DNA of 35,023 nucleotides from Octopus bimaculoides (Eukaryota): the NCBI RefSeq assembly GCF_001194135.2, contig NC_068994.1:10120115-10155137 (forward strand). Direction: 5' to 3'. The notes under the pieces were generated by a model. That model ran no database searches, was not told where the DNA came from, and worked only from the letters and a program-made list of their open reading frames with translations. The translations under genes and the position numbers were made by a program. Within the stretch, counting starts at the first letter, position 1. Every line of letters begins with the position of its first letter. Below are positions 1 to 10,517 of this stretch, piece after piece.

Positions 1-40
<40 letters not shown>

Positions 41-129
41 TATATAATATATATTATATAATATATATGATGTATACAAGGGGATTCTATGCAATTTCCA
101 TCTTCTAATTTCTCTCACTCAGCATTGCT

Positions 130-223
130 TGAGCATGTTTGCCGAAGGTGCTGCGCAGCAGGACCGAACTCCAAACCAAGTAGTTACAAAACGAGCTTCT
201 TAATCACATAGCCGTGTCTGTGC
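130..223 (-). mobile_element. SINE family B, head-only fragment, diverged
   Basis: The reverse complement GCACAGACACGGCTATGTGATTAAGAAGCTCG...GGAGTTCGGTCCTGCTGCGCAGCACCTTCGGCAAACA aligns by eye with the tRNA-like head and CCTTGGGCAAG segment of the copies at 6314 and 10942. Confidence 0.6.
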
Positions 224-582
224 ATATATGCACGGAATTTTTTTTTTTTTTTTCAAATTTCAAAATGACAACGGAGATTTTTTAACAGGTGCATTAATCT
301 GTAAGAAAATACACTTTTCCAAATGTGAGACTGATGTGAATTTTTATAAATTGTTTCTCGTAGATATTTTGTTCCCGTACTTCTATTTTGATATTTTGAT
401 AACTGTTTTCGTTAAATATATATGTACATAATCAATACATATACCATTGATTTCATGTTAAGAAAAATAGGAAAATATTTTAATATCTTAACAATTTTTT
501 AAGCCGATCACATGGAGGAAAGGTGTTCTTCATTTTGCATAAACAGAGAGTCTCGTTGAATTTATTATTAATATTCTGCGTT

Positions 583-808
583 AAGACAACGAGCTGACAG
601 AATCGTTAGCACGGCTGGCGGAATGCTTAGCGGTATTTCGTCTGTCTTTATGTTCTGAGTTCAAATTCCACCGAAGTCGACTTTGCTTTTCATCCTTCGG
701 GGTCGATAAATTAAGTACCAGTTGCGTACTGGGTCGATGTATTCGACTAGTCACCTCCCAGAAATGTTAGCCCTTGTGCTTTAGTACAAAGGATTAATAG
801 TAGAAAGG
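583..808 (+). mobile_element. SINE family A, full length
   Basis: Has the B-box GAGTTCAAATTCC and the core GTCGACTTTGCTTTTCATCCTTCGGGGTCGATAAATTAAGTACCAG shared with 24920 and 32212. Flanked by a degenerate 16-bp TSD: ATTAATATTCTGCGTT (567-582) and ATTAACATTCCCCGTT (809-824), 13/16 identical. Confidence 0.85.
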
Positions 809-1409
809 ATTAACATTCCCCGTTGCAGTTTAAAAGTTGTCGCTATTTTCTTGTTATTGTTGTTATTTTTGTCGGTGATATTGTTGTTGGACTTACTTTC
901 ATTAAGAACAACTCCGATTTAGAATGCCTACAATGAAATTTCCTTGAGTCTGAACAAGACATATATTTACATATACCTTTCACTATGTGGTTTAATGTAC
1001 CTTTGTTTAACCAACACAGTCAGGTGTGAAATAAGAGGAATTTAGCTGCTATACTATTTCTGAAAGTCCATTGATCGCAGATCTATAACAGTATGTGCCT
1101 ACACATTTTAAAAACTAAACATGGGCAATATGAAAGAACACCCAAGTGCTGACTATATTCCTTTATAATCGTAGGAGCATGCAAATGTATTCTGGTCTTT
1201 CTCTCTGTCTGTCTGTCTGTCTCCCTCTCTCTCTCTCCTCTTCCTCCGCCTCCTTTCTCTATCACCGAGTGACTCATAAGTGATATGAAAAGGTCGATAC
1301 AGAAAGTTAAATATATCAGCACAGAGATCAACAGCGAGTGTGAAACAATCTTGATGACCTCAACTCTACGCAATACAGACAGTTAGTATATACAAAACAA
1401 TGAGTGTAT

Positions 1410-1520
1410 CGCTTACGTAGTCGCTCAACCAGCAACTTTGAAATTTCACCGTGGCTAATTACTGTCTTTCATCTTATCGAAGTTCATCAAATAAGTACCA
1501 CTCAAGTATTGGAATTTAAT
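1410..1520 (+). mobile_element. Highly decayed SINE family A fragment
   Basis: TTTGAAATTTCACCGTGG...CTTTCATCTTATCGAAGTTCATCAAATAAGTACCA is colinear with the family A core. Confidence 0.35.
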
Positions 1521-1842
1521 TAATTAGCACAGCCATTCACCTCTACCCATACATACACACACACACATATACACCCACACAAACACTTTCACACCCAGGC
1601 ACACATACCACTACTACCGTTTATCATAATCTTGTGCCAAAAAATTAAAAACAATTACTTTGGAAAGAAACAAAGTCGTTATAAAAGCAGCAAAATTATT
1701 TGTGGCGTCAACATTTTGTGTTCGGTATCTACACTTTGAGTACAATTCTTGCCATGGACAACTTCCTGTTTCACGAACTCGAGTAATAAGACCGAATTCC
1801 GTTATTCCGCTCTTTCGAGTAATTAATTGTAATTACTTGAAA

Positions 1843-1965
1843 CTCTTTACGTTCTGGGGCCTGATTTTGCTCAAATAGACTTTGCCTTTCATCCCTCCGC
1901 TACCAATGAAATAAAGTACCATCAGGAACTGTGATGAACGTCATCAATTGACCATCTTTCCCCTT
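1843..1965 (+). mobile_element. Decayed SINE family A fragment
   Basis: CTTTACGTTCTG...GACTTTGCCTTTCATCC...AAATAAAGTACCA is colinear with the family A body. Confidence 0.5.
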
Positions 1966-2599
1966 AAAAGTCTTTCCGACTAAATTAGAGACAATGATTC
2001 GGCGCGCTTCCGTTATTCTATACTCTTCACATCAACGACTGTTTGGGAAGGGAGAAGAATCAAACTCTTTGACAGAAAGCAATAACTGCAGCTCCTAGTA
2101 TTAGAGGAACTGGTCAAATACAAGAAAAATATGGTAATTACCCATAGAAATTAAATAGTATAGAATTATATGAAGAATATATTTAATTAGGTATAATTCT
2201 TGAATAAAGGAAAATGATGACAGAGTTGATCAGGTCATTTATTGTACTTGAATAGTAGAGGTTAGAGGAAGAATAATTTTAATCTTATAGTCAGGAGTAG
2301 AGGCAGTGCCATTAACACTTTACAGGATCTCAAAGGACGAAGGAATACTCCAGCCAAAAGCTGACATGAATACCTGCAACAAAGTATACTCTGCTAAAAA
2401 TACCAGAGGTACATTTGAGAGAATCTTCCTCAATACTATCTCATTCAATTAATCTAACTGACTGTTAGTTGGCAGTCATTAATTAGTACGTTGGACTGAA
2501 TGCTATGAGGTATCTGTCCAGACATTTTGCGCCTTGAGTTCATATCTCGCACATGGTGGTGGCGGTGGTAATTATGTTAAGTTGGTGCGGATTGGCGAT

Positions 2600-2965
2600 G
2601 ATGCTGGAGGTTTTGGTGGTAGCAGCGATGGCACTGATGAAGGCAATGACGATGAGGAGGAGTAAGAGGAGGAGGATCAGGAGGAGGAGGAGGAGGAGGT
2701 GGTGGTGGAGGAGGAGNNNNNNNNNNNNNNNNNNNNNNNNNNNNNNNNNNNNNNNNNNNNNNNNNNNNNNNNNNNNNNNNNNNNNNNNNNNNNNNNNNNN
2801 NNNNNNNNNNNNNNNNNNNNNNNNNNNNNNNNNNNNNNNNNNNNNNNNNNNNNNNNNNNNNNNNNNNNNNNNNNNNNNNNNNNNNNNNNNNNNNNNNNNN
2901 NNNNNNNNNNNNNNNGGAGGAGGAGGAGGAGGAGGAGGAGGGCGACGACGACGACGACGACGACA
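2600..2965. repeat. Compound GGT/GAT/GGA/GAC trinucleotide repeats spanning an N-gap (2717-2915)
   Basis: Seen directly; explains the poly-R/G/S/P ORFs here. Confidence 0.95.
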
Positions 2966-3489
2966 AAGTGGGGTAAGGATATTGATGTGAATGACAATGA
3001 AGTTGACGATTATGATGATAACGTCAATAAAAATTGGTAACCAGAATCAACAATTGTAACTCAAATATAAATAAATAAAAAAATATAAATGAAAATGGAA
3101 AGACGAAGACTTCTAAAAAAAAAATAGCGAAAATTAATCAACAAAACTTTTTTTCAAAAATCAACAAATATCAACAAAAATAACGAAAACAGCAACAAAA
3201 AATACATTAAAAAATATAACAAAAATACACATTTGCAATAAAGAAAATATTATAAAATAGAGCTATGACGTGAACCGCAATGAGATTTAATAAATATTTA
3301 TTTTTTAAGTCGGAGAAAAAAATAAAATATAATATATATGTATATAAAATAATCACATAAAAAGAGTAATACTAGAAAGTCTGTTTTTGAAATATAATAA
3401 TTGAAGATTAATGTAGAAATATGACATGTTTCTGCAATAAAGGATTAAACTTTTATGAAGATTTTCATTCAGAAAGAAATGAACAGCAT

Positions 3490-3523
<34 letters not shown>

Positions 3524-3685
3524 AACAACAATAACAAGGGCCACTACAACAGGAATGAAAATGGCGAGAAGACGAGGAACATTTACAGCAGAAGCACCAG
3601 TGTATAACGGTGATATCCAGGACGGAGAGGTAAGCTGAAATAATGAATACATAATCGTCGAACGAAGTTATCGTAGGGTGATAGC

Positions 3686-3736
3686 GATGGCGGAGATGGC
3701 GGCGATGGCGGCGATGGCGGCGATGGCGGCGATGGC
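3686..3736. repeat. 9-bp tandem repeat GATGGCGGC, about 5.7 copies
   Basis: Units start at 3686, 3695, 3704, 3713, 3722 and 3731. Confidence 0.95.
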
Positions 3737-3944
3737 CGTGGCCGGTGTTGTGTCGTAGTCATCAGCCGTAGCTATCAACAAATAATAATAACAACAACAA
3801 CAACGACAACAAGGAAACGGCAACTATAGCAGAGAAAGCAAAATAGCAATGAAGAAAGGATGACAGCACCAAGGATGAGGAGGATGGGGAGTTGGAGGGC
3901 GGTGGGGAGGAGAAGAAGGGAACGAGAAAGAAGATGAGATGAGG

Positions 3945-3991
3945 AGGAAGAAGAAGAAGAAGAAGAAGAAGAAGAAGAAGAAGAAGAAGAA

Positions 3992-4042
<51 letters not shown>

Positions 4043-4167
4043 GAAAAAAGAAGAAGAAGAAGAAGAAGAAGAAGAAGATGACGATGATGATGATGATGAT
4101 GAAGAAGAAAGAAGAAGATGATGATGATGATGATGATGATGATGAAGAAGAAGAAGAAGAAGAAGAA

Positions 4168-4218
<51 letters not shown>

Positions 4219-4280
4219 GAAAGAAGAAGAAGATGATGATGATGATGATGATGATGATGAAGAAGAAAGAAGAAGAAGAA

Positions 4281-4334
<54 letters not shown>

Positions 4335-4395
4335 GAAAGAAGAAGAAGAAGAAGAAGAAGAAGAAGAAGAAGAAGAAGAAGAAGAAGAAGAAGAA
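3945..4395. repeat. Alternating (GAA)n/(GAT)n compound array
   Basis: Seven GAA blocks alternate with six GAT blocks. Confidence 0.95.
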
Positions 4396-4419
4396 GATTT
4401 CACCTCAGAAAAGGAAAAA

Positions 4420-4508
4420 AAAGCCAACTGCAATAATAATAATGATGACGATGATGATGATTGTAATAATAGCAATAATGATGAAGCTGACGGTGATGAC
4501 GTTACAAA

Positions 4509-4555
<47 letters not shown>

Positions 4556-4682
4556 AGCAGCAGCAGCAGCAACAACAATGGCTAAAATCGGAACATTAAC
4601 GAATTGGAAGTACTTCAACTATAACAACAGAAACATCAACAAGAATAAAACAATGACAGCAGCAATGCAAAAACACCTGCCA

Positions 4683-4713
<31 letters not shown>

Positions 4714-4980
4714 AAGAAGAAGAAGAAGAAGAAGAAGAAGAAGAAGAATAACAACAACAACAACAACAACAACAACATCATGGTTATAGATTGACAACAA
4801 TAACAGTTACAAATATAAACATGGAAGAATGACAAAGAAAATAACAACAGCCACATTAATACAACAGCAAAATGGAATGATGTGAATCTCATGACAACAA
4901 TATGAGCAAGTATAACAAGACTGACAATAATGACTGCCATAACAACAGCAACAACAACAACAACAACGATTGTAGTAGCT
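4420..4980. repeat. Mixed trinucleotide repeat field (AAT, GAT, AGT, CAG, GAA, AAC)
   Basis: Seen directly. Confidence 0.9.
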
Positions 4981-4989
4981 ACACCACCA

Positions 4990-5235
4990 GACACTACCGC
5001 CCATGCGCAGTAGCGATAAACAGGAATTGGTTCGGCGCTCAGCTATAAGAAAATGCCGTCATATCTTTTGTAATTAGTAACCTGCGGTTTTATAAATGTT
5101 ACAGAGCAGATAAACGAGTATGAGATGTTTCGGCGCTGCCATTTTGGCGTTGCCTATCTGGCGTTATTGATTCAACGTTGACTTATTTATTTAACATCGC
5201 ACGTTTTGTTCCCGGGGTCTTTCCGCACAGTAAAA
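4990..5235. promoter_or_regulatory. CpG-rich patch, possible promoter or first exon
   Basis: Locally dense CpGs in AT-rich DNA, CATGCGCA (NRF1-like half site) near 5002, and GCCATTTT (YY1-type core) at about 5138-5145 overlapping a minus-strand ATG GCA GCG CCG. Confidence 0.3.
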
Positions 5236-6313
5236 GAAGAATATATTATTTTAGTTGACAACTAGAATAATGACTAAGGTATTTGATTACTAAAATTCAT
5301 TTAATTTTCTGGTTTATATTATGCATATATTATGGTTGTTGAAATCCCATCGGATTTCTGTTATATCTTTGACACAGAAGAACTGACAAGGTATATACAT
5401 TTTGGTGCTATGTACAGGAAAAATCCGTAAGAGCAAAAATAAGAAAAGACAAAAAAAAAATAACATGTAATAAATGTCCCTCGATTGCTACAAACACTTT
5501 TTTCCTTCATTCTCAATCTCTTCCTCTCTTCTTCTTCTTCTTCCCCCTTCTCTTTCCTATCTGTCTTTCTCTCTCACTCACTCTCTGCTCTCTGTATCTT
5601 TCTCTCCCCTCTCTTTCTCAATATATTTGTCGATGTGGACTTCTTTATAGCAATGGGAGACATTTAATACAAGTTAATGTTTCTATTCTAAAATTATGCC
5701 AACTTTGCTCGCTTAAATCAGTAACTACTAGTTTATTTCTTTCGTTACAAATAAGAGAAATATATTTTACTTACTCTCTCAGCATTGCTACAAAATATAT
5801 CATATACTATGTCGTATTTCGATTGTACGATACGATCATGGCTAAATCTCCTGACAACACAATTATCAACACATGTACTTTTACAATACCTGTCACAATC
5901 ATTTAAGACGACACAAGGCTTCTTTGAGATGAGAAAAAATACAAACTAGTCACGTGATCCGTGGTAATTTTACGTTTTATAAATATGGTATTTCGATTTT
6001 GATGTATAAATTCATATATTTGAATATTTTTATAACAATGTTTCATTATTTAAAGATTTTGTTTACGACATGAATGTTGTTCCATAATTAAGGTTATTGA
6101 AAGAGTAACGCTTAACACTTTATTTTAAAAGATTCAATTACGTCTTCGATTTTTTTTTCGTAGGATTGTTAAAAACACACCACCCGGACTTATACATGAA
6201 ATTTTACAATGACGAAAATAAAAGCCAGATTGTATCTCAGCTGTTTATTCATTCGTGCTGAAAAGAAGATTCATCATAATTAATATGATGTGATCGACGT
6301 CACAGAAAATATC

Positions 6314-6707
6314 AGGCGCAGGCGTAGTTGTGTGGTAAGACGCTTGCTTCCCACTCACGTGGTTCCGGATTCAGTCCCACCGAGTTTCACCTTGGGCAAG
6401 TGTCTTCTCCTATAGCCTCGGGTGAGCCAAAGCCTTGTGAGTGGATTTGGTAGACGGAAACTGAAAGAAGCCCGTCGTATACGTATATATATATATATAT
6501 GCATGTATTTGTGCGTGCGTGGGTGTGAGTTTGTTTTCCCACCGCCGCTTGACAACCGACGTTGGTGTGTTTACCTTGCTGTAACTTAGTGATTCGGCAA
6601 AAAAGACCAATTGAGTAAATACTAAGCTTACAAAGAATAAGTCCTGGAATTGATTTCTTCGACTAAAGGCGGTGCTCAAAGTCAGGTGACTGACACAAAT
6701 AAAAGAA
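6314..6707 (+). mobile_element. SINE family B, near full length
   Basis: tRNA-like head with A-box (TAGTTGTGTGG) and B-box (GGATTCAGTCCC), then CCTTGGGCAAGTGTCTTC, an internal TA/TG microsatellite and a 3' region shared with 19054 and 29445. Confidence 0.9.
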
Positions 6708-6778
6708 TATCCGAATTTAGAAAAGATATTAAATGCTACAAGAATTTAGTACACAAAAAAAAAAAACAGAAACGGCGT

Positions 6779-6836
6779 CTCTGAAGCGAAACCCCTCTGA
6801 AGCGAAACCCCTCTGAAGCGAAGCCCCTCTGAAGCG
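6779..6836. repeat. 16-bp minisatellite CTCTGAAGCGAAACCC, 3.6 copies
   Basis: Units start at 6779, 6795, 6811 (one mismatch) and 6827 (partial). Confidence 0.95.
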
Positions 6837-6964
6837 GATAAAAATAGTAACACAATCTCAAATCGTAGCTTAAGATCTTTTAAAATGAAAGACGCGTAGT
6901 GTAATATGCTCCTAGATACATCATATTTGAAAATGTAATAAATATTTACATCTTCGAGGTCTTC

Positions 6965-7250
6965 GATCATAGTCCAGCTATATCAGAACCGAGAAATGTT
7001 GCTGAATATGCTGAAGCTAGCACATACTGGAATATAGTAGAGTAAATTTATTGAGAGATGTTTTGAAAGAGTGAGGAAGAAATAGAGAACTAAAACATTG
7101 GTGAGAAATACAAGAAGAAGCAATCAATATAATGATAAGGCAGTTAGGAATATGAAAGAAGAACATGAGGAAACACTTAAAATTCCGGATGCCATACATT
7201 TACATAAACTGCGAAAATAGCTTTACTGAGCTAAGCATGCATTCTTCATT
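6965..7250 (+). mobile_element. Heavily decayed R4/Dong-like non-LTR retrotransposon, REL endonuclease C-terminal region
   Basis: Manual translation with frameshifts gives HSPAI (cf. HNRPDI), then NIVE, then AINIMIRQLGI*KKNMRKHL/IPDAIHLHKLRK/IALLS*ACIL. This is colinear with the fragment at 27894 (PVIVGALGLIRKGCQKYLDDIPGEPCLREFQKIVLISTTHVL). Confidence 0.5.
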
Positions 7251-8674
7251 CGGACAACCTTCATAAATTGAATACACGAAATGTTATTCTTCACACGAAA
7301 GTAAAACATTGCAACGTGTCTTCATCACACACCGTCAAACACATACACATATACGCGCACGAATTCACAAATGCGTAGATTCCTATACTGTACACAGTAC
7401 CAAATTAGCTACAACATACAATAGTTACATCAAAGTAATCACAGGAGGGAAAAACATCCAAGACAAAATTAAAGATATTTTTGGTGAAGCCATTTTGATA
7501 AATTTTGTATTACTTTCTTGCAGCAGGCAAATGAATAATATCGAGTATAATGTCATTCTTCTTCTACCGCTTCCCCTTCTTTCTCCAATATATATTATTA
7601 GTAATGTTTTATTATTATAACTTATAAGTCGTGTAGTTTAGCGAACACGACTGATTTCTAGAAACTTCAATGAATACGTTACTGTTAAAAGCAGACCTAA
7701 GCTTAAATTAGACGAAGCAACACATTTCCAGGATCCAGTTATTGTTATATTCTGTTCATTTGTTTTATAAACATCTTCCTATTAAAGCTTCCACAATGTA
7801 AAAGAGAACATAGTTTTGGTACGCATTTAAGATATGTTGGTCGACCGTTAATAAAATTACGAAGACATTAGGCTGGAGCCGCAGGTTGTGTCGGTTTTTT
7901 CTCTGAATAGGATGCCCGTATGCCAAGGGGTTACTAAAGCAATAGCTGGTCTCTAGTTGGTACTCAGTTGCAGTAGAAAATACTGAAGCCCAGGATTCCT
8001 TTATCTAAGACTCAATGCAAAACACATCCGTAAAGCCAACTCACGACCTAACAAAATATTTCCAGGATCCAGTTATCGTTATATAAAGGGGTTAGCTGGC
8101 AAAATGCCATTTATTACGGTCAATTGCGTGTATAGATACGGACTAACTATATGCACATGAGCTAAAAATTGCATTGAAAATCAACTTTGGAAAGCTGAAA
8201 ATTATTGTGAACCCACAGGTTTAGTAAAATGTGATTTTCACTTTCCTGTAAAAGCTCTATCAATAAACCATGCACTAAATTTTATACAGTAAAACTTGTT
8301 TTATACATAAACCTTTGAGTAAAATACTATCCTCTGTTTTTCTTTTTGTTTCCTGCAAAACTCTCTTTGAGAAAACGTGCACTAGTATTTTTACTGTAAA
8401 ACCTTTATATCAAAACTCTTTCATGTAAAAACATAACTTTGTATTTATTTTCTTAAATGTAGCAATATAATAGAAATATTCACCTCCGAGAATTAAAAGT
8501 AAAACTTGTGTTATTCTATATTCTCCTTCCACCCCCCACCCCCCACACACACACGCATTATATACATTTGCCACTCTTTCAATCCTTTGGTATTATTTTT
8601 CACACATACCTGTCTACATACATACATGCATACTCACACACGCACAACACAGGCACACACATACATACATAGAT

Positions 8675-8739
<65 letters not shown>

Positions 8740-8780
8740 TGCAGCATATTCAACCCTTTGATATGTTATATATATATAAT

Positions 8781-10342
8781 TTCAGTAAAATTATCATTAC
8801 TCCGATAATATCGAAGAGAATGAAACAAAATTTATTCTGAATACAATATATATTATACATGCAAACATTATACGAATTTGGGACACAAAACAATAAACAT
8901 TTTCAAAGATATGAACGAAATATTGATTTTGAAACGATACAAAAATATGTACACCCTAAAGAAATATTTGCTATATTCAATATTTGGTGTGACTGTCATT
9001 GCTTTCAATGACTGAATTAAGTCTTCTGGGCTTAGAGTCGACTAAATTTCCGCATATAATCAATGAAATCGACCTCCATTTATCTTGAATGATGTCTTTC
9101 AAATGTGTTACATTTCGGGACTTTTTTCTCCTCAACCTTCCTTTTTCAAAACACCCTACAGATATTCTATTGGGTTTAAATCAGGTGACATGGTAGGCAG
9201 AGGCACTACCTTTGCTTTTTTATCTGATAAAGACTTAGTCATCATCTTTAAATAGTGTTTAGGGTCATTATCATGTTGGAACATGGAATGTCTTCCTAGT
9301 TCCTTAATGCAACATTGCTTTCTGCAATATGTCACGATAAAGTCTTGAATCCATTCTTCTCTCAATAAATGTTAGTTCTCCCACATCGGCTGCACTCATA
9401 CATCTTCGAAGCACAACACTTCCGCTGACATTTTTAATGGTAGGCACGGTACATTTCTCGCTATTATACTCATTTAATACCATCTGACCCAAACAAATTG
9501 ATTTTAGTCTCTTCAGAAAAAAAGAATCTTATTCCAAAACTCCTTCCTCTTACTCACAAAGGTTTCGGCAAAAAAAAGACGACTTGATTTATACCTGGCA
9601 GTGAGGAGAGACTTCCTACGAGGAATGCGTCCATGAAGACCATACTGGTTCAAACATCAACGAACTGTTCGGGCAGATTCACTCTTTCCACTAACAGAAG
9701 ACACTTCTTGGGCCAAAGATGAAGCGACATGACACCTATCGTCCATCACGCAACGTTGGATGTGGCGAATATCATGCGCAGTTAAAATAGAACGACGACC
9801 TGGTTGATGTTTATTGCTTAGCTGTCCAGTAGCTTTGTACTTCCGAATTACTTTGGCAACTGTGTTTACGCTATGTATTCGTTTGCTAATTAACTTCTAT
9901 CCTAAACCATTCTTGTGCAAATTAAAAATAATTTTCTTAAACCTTTACATAATTATTTTCCATTTGGTGCCATTTTAATCACAATGAAGAAGATTTTCCC
10001 CACGATACACAAATCAGAATTCCTATAGATGCAATAATAATGGCCGGTGCGAAAATGCCAGGAGAAATAAATTATTAGAATTGAAATTATCTGCAAAATC
10101 TGAATTTAATAAAAAAAAATTGGATAAAGTATTGAATACAGCAAATTTCTTTTAAGGTGTACATATTTTTGTAACGTTCGAAAATTAATATTTCGTTCAT
10201 ATCTTTGAAAATGTTTATTGTTTTGTGTTCCAAATCTGTATAATGTTTGCATGCATAATGTATTTTATTCAGTATAAATTTCGTTTGATTTTCTTCGCTA
10301 CTATCAGAGTAATGGCAATTTTACTGAATTTTTTTAAGGTGG
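8781..10342 (-). mobile_element. Tc1-family DNA transposon with ~200-bp terminal inverted repeats, defective
   Basis: 8781-8983 is the reverse complement of about 10126-10329, including an exact 42-bp match (8883-8924 vs 10187-10228). The right end finishes AAGGTGG followed by TA (10343-10344). The repeats enclose a transposase pseudogene. Confidence 0.92.
8977..9973 (-). pseudogene. Tc1 DD34E transposase pseudogene with multiple stops and frameshifts
   Basis: Starts MAPNGK. Recognisable motifs: NTVAKVIRKYKATG, PGRRSILT, GLHGRIPRRK, WNKILFSEETKINLFGSDG, FQHDNDPKH, SPDLNPIE and terminal HTKY*. There are 34 residues between the D of QHD and the E of NPIE. Confidence 0.93.
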
Positions 10343-10372
10343 TACATACTTCTGTGAGATATAGTATGTGTG

Positions 10373-10457
<85 letters not shown>

Positions 10458-10517
10458 GTTCGTATGTACGAATGTACGTGTGTGTATTTATGTATATAGT
10501 ATGTATGTATGTGTATA

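Noticed and set aside
1813-1842. Imperfect 13-bp-stem palindrome TTTCGAGTAATTA-ATTG-TAATTACTTGAAA
   Set aside because: AT-rich and isolated, with no associated element boundaries.
3555-3629. Plus-strand ATG...GAG|GTAAGC mini-exon (MKMARRRGTFTAEAPVYNGDIQDGE)
   Set aside because: Embedded in decayed trinucleotide repeats, with no recognisable homology and no supportable downstream exon.
2553-4999. Long ORFs with poly-S/E/D/K/M/H runs
   Set aside because: They are translations of trinucleotide repeats and N-gaps, open in several frames on both strands.
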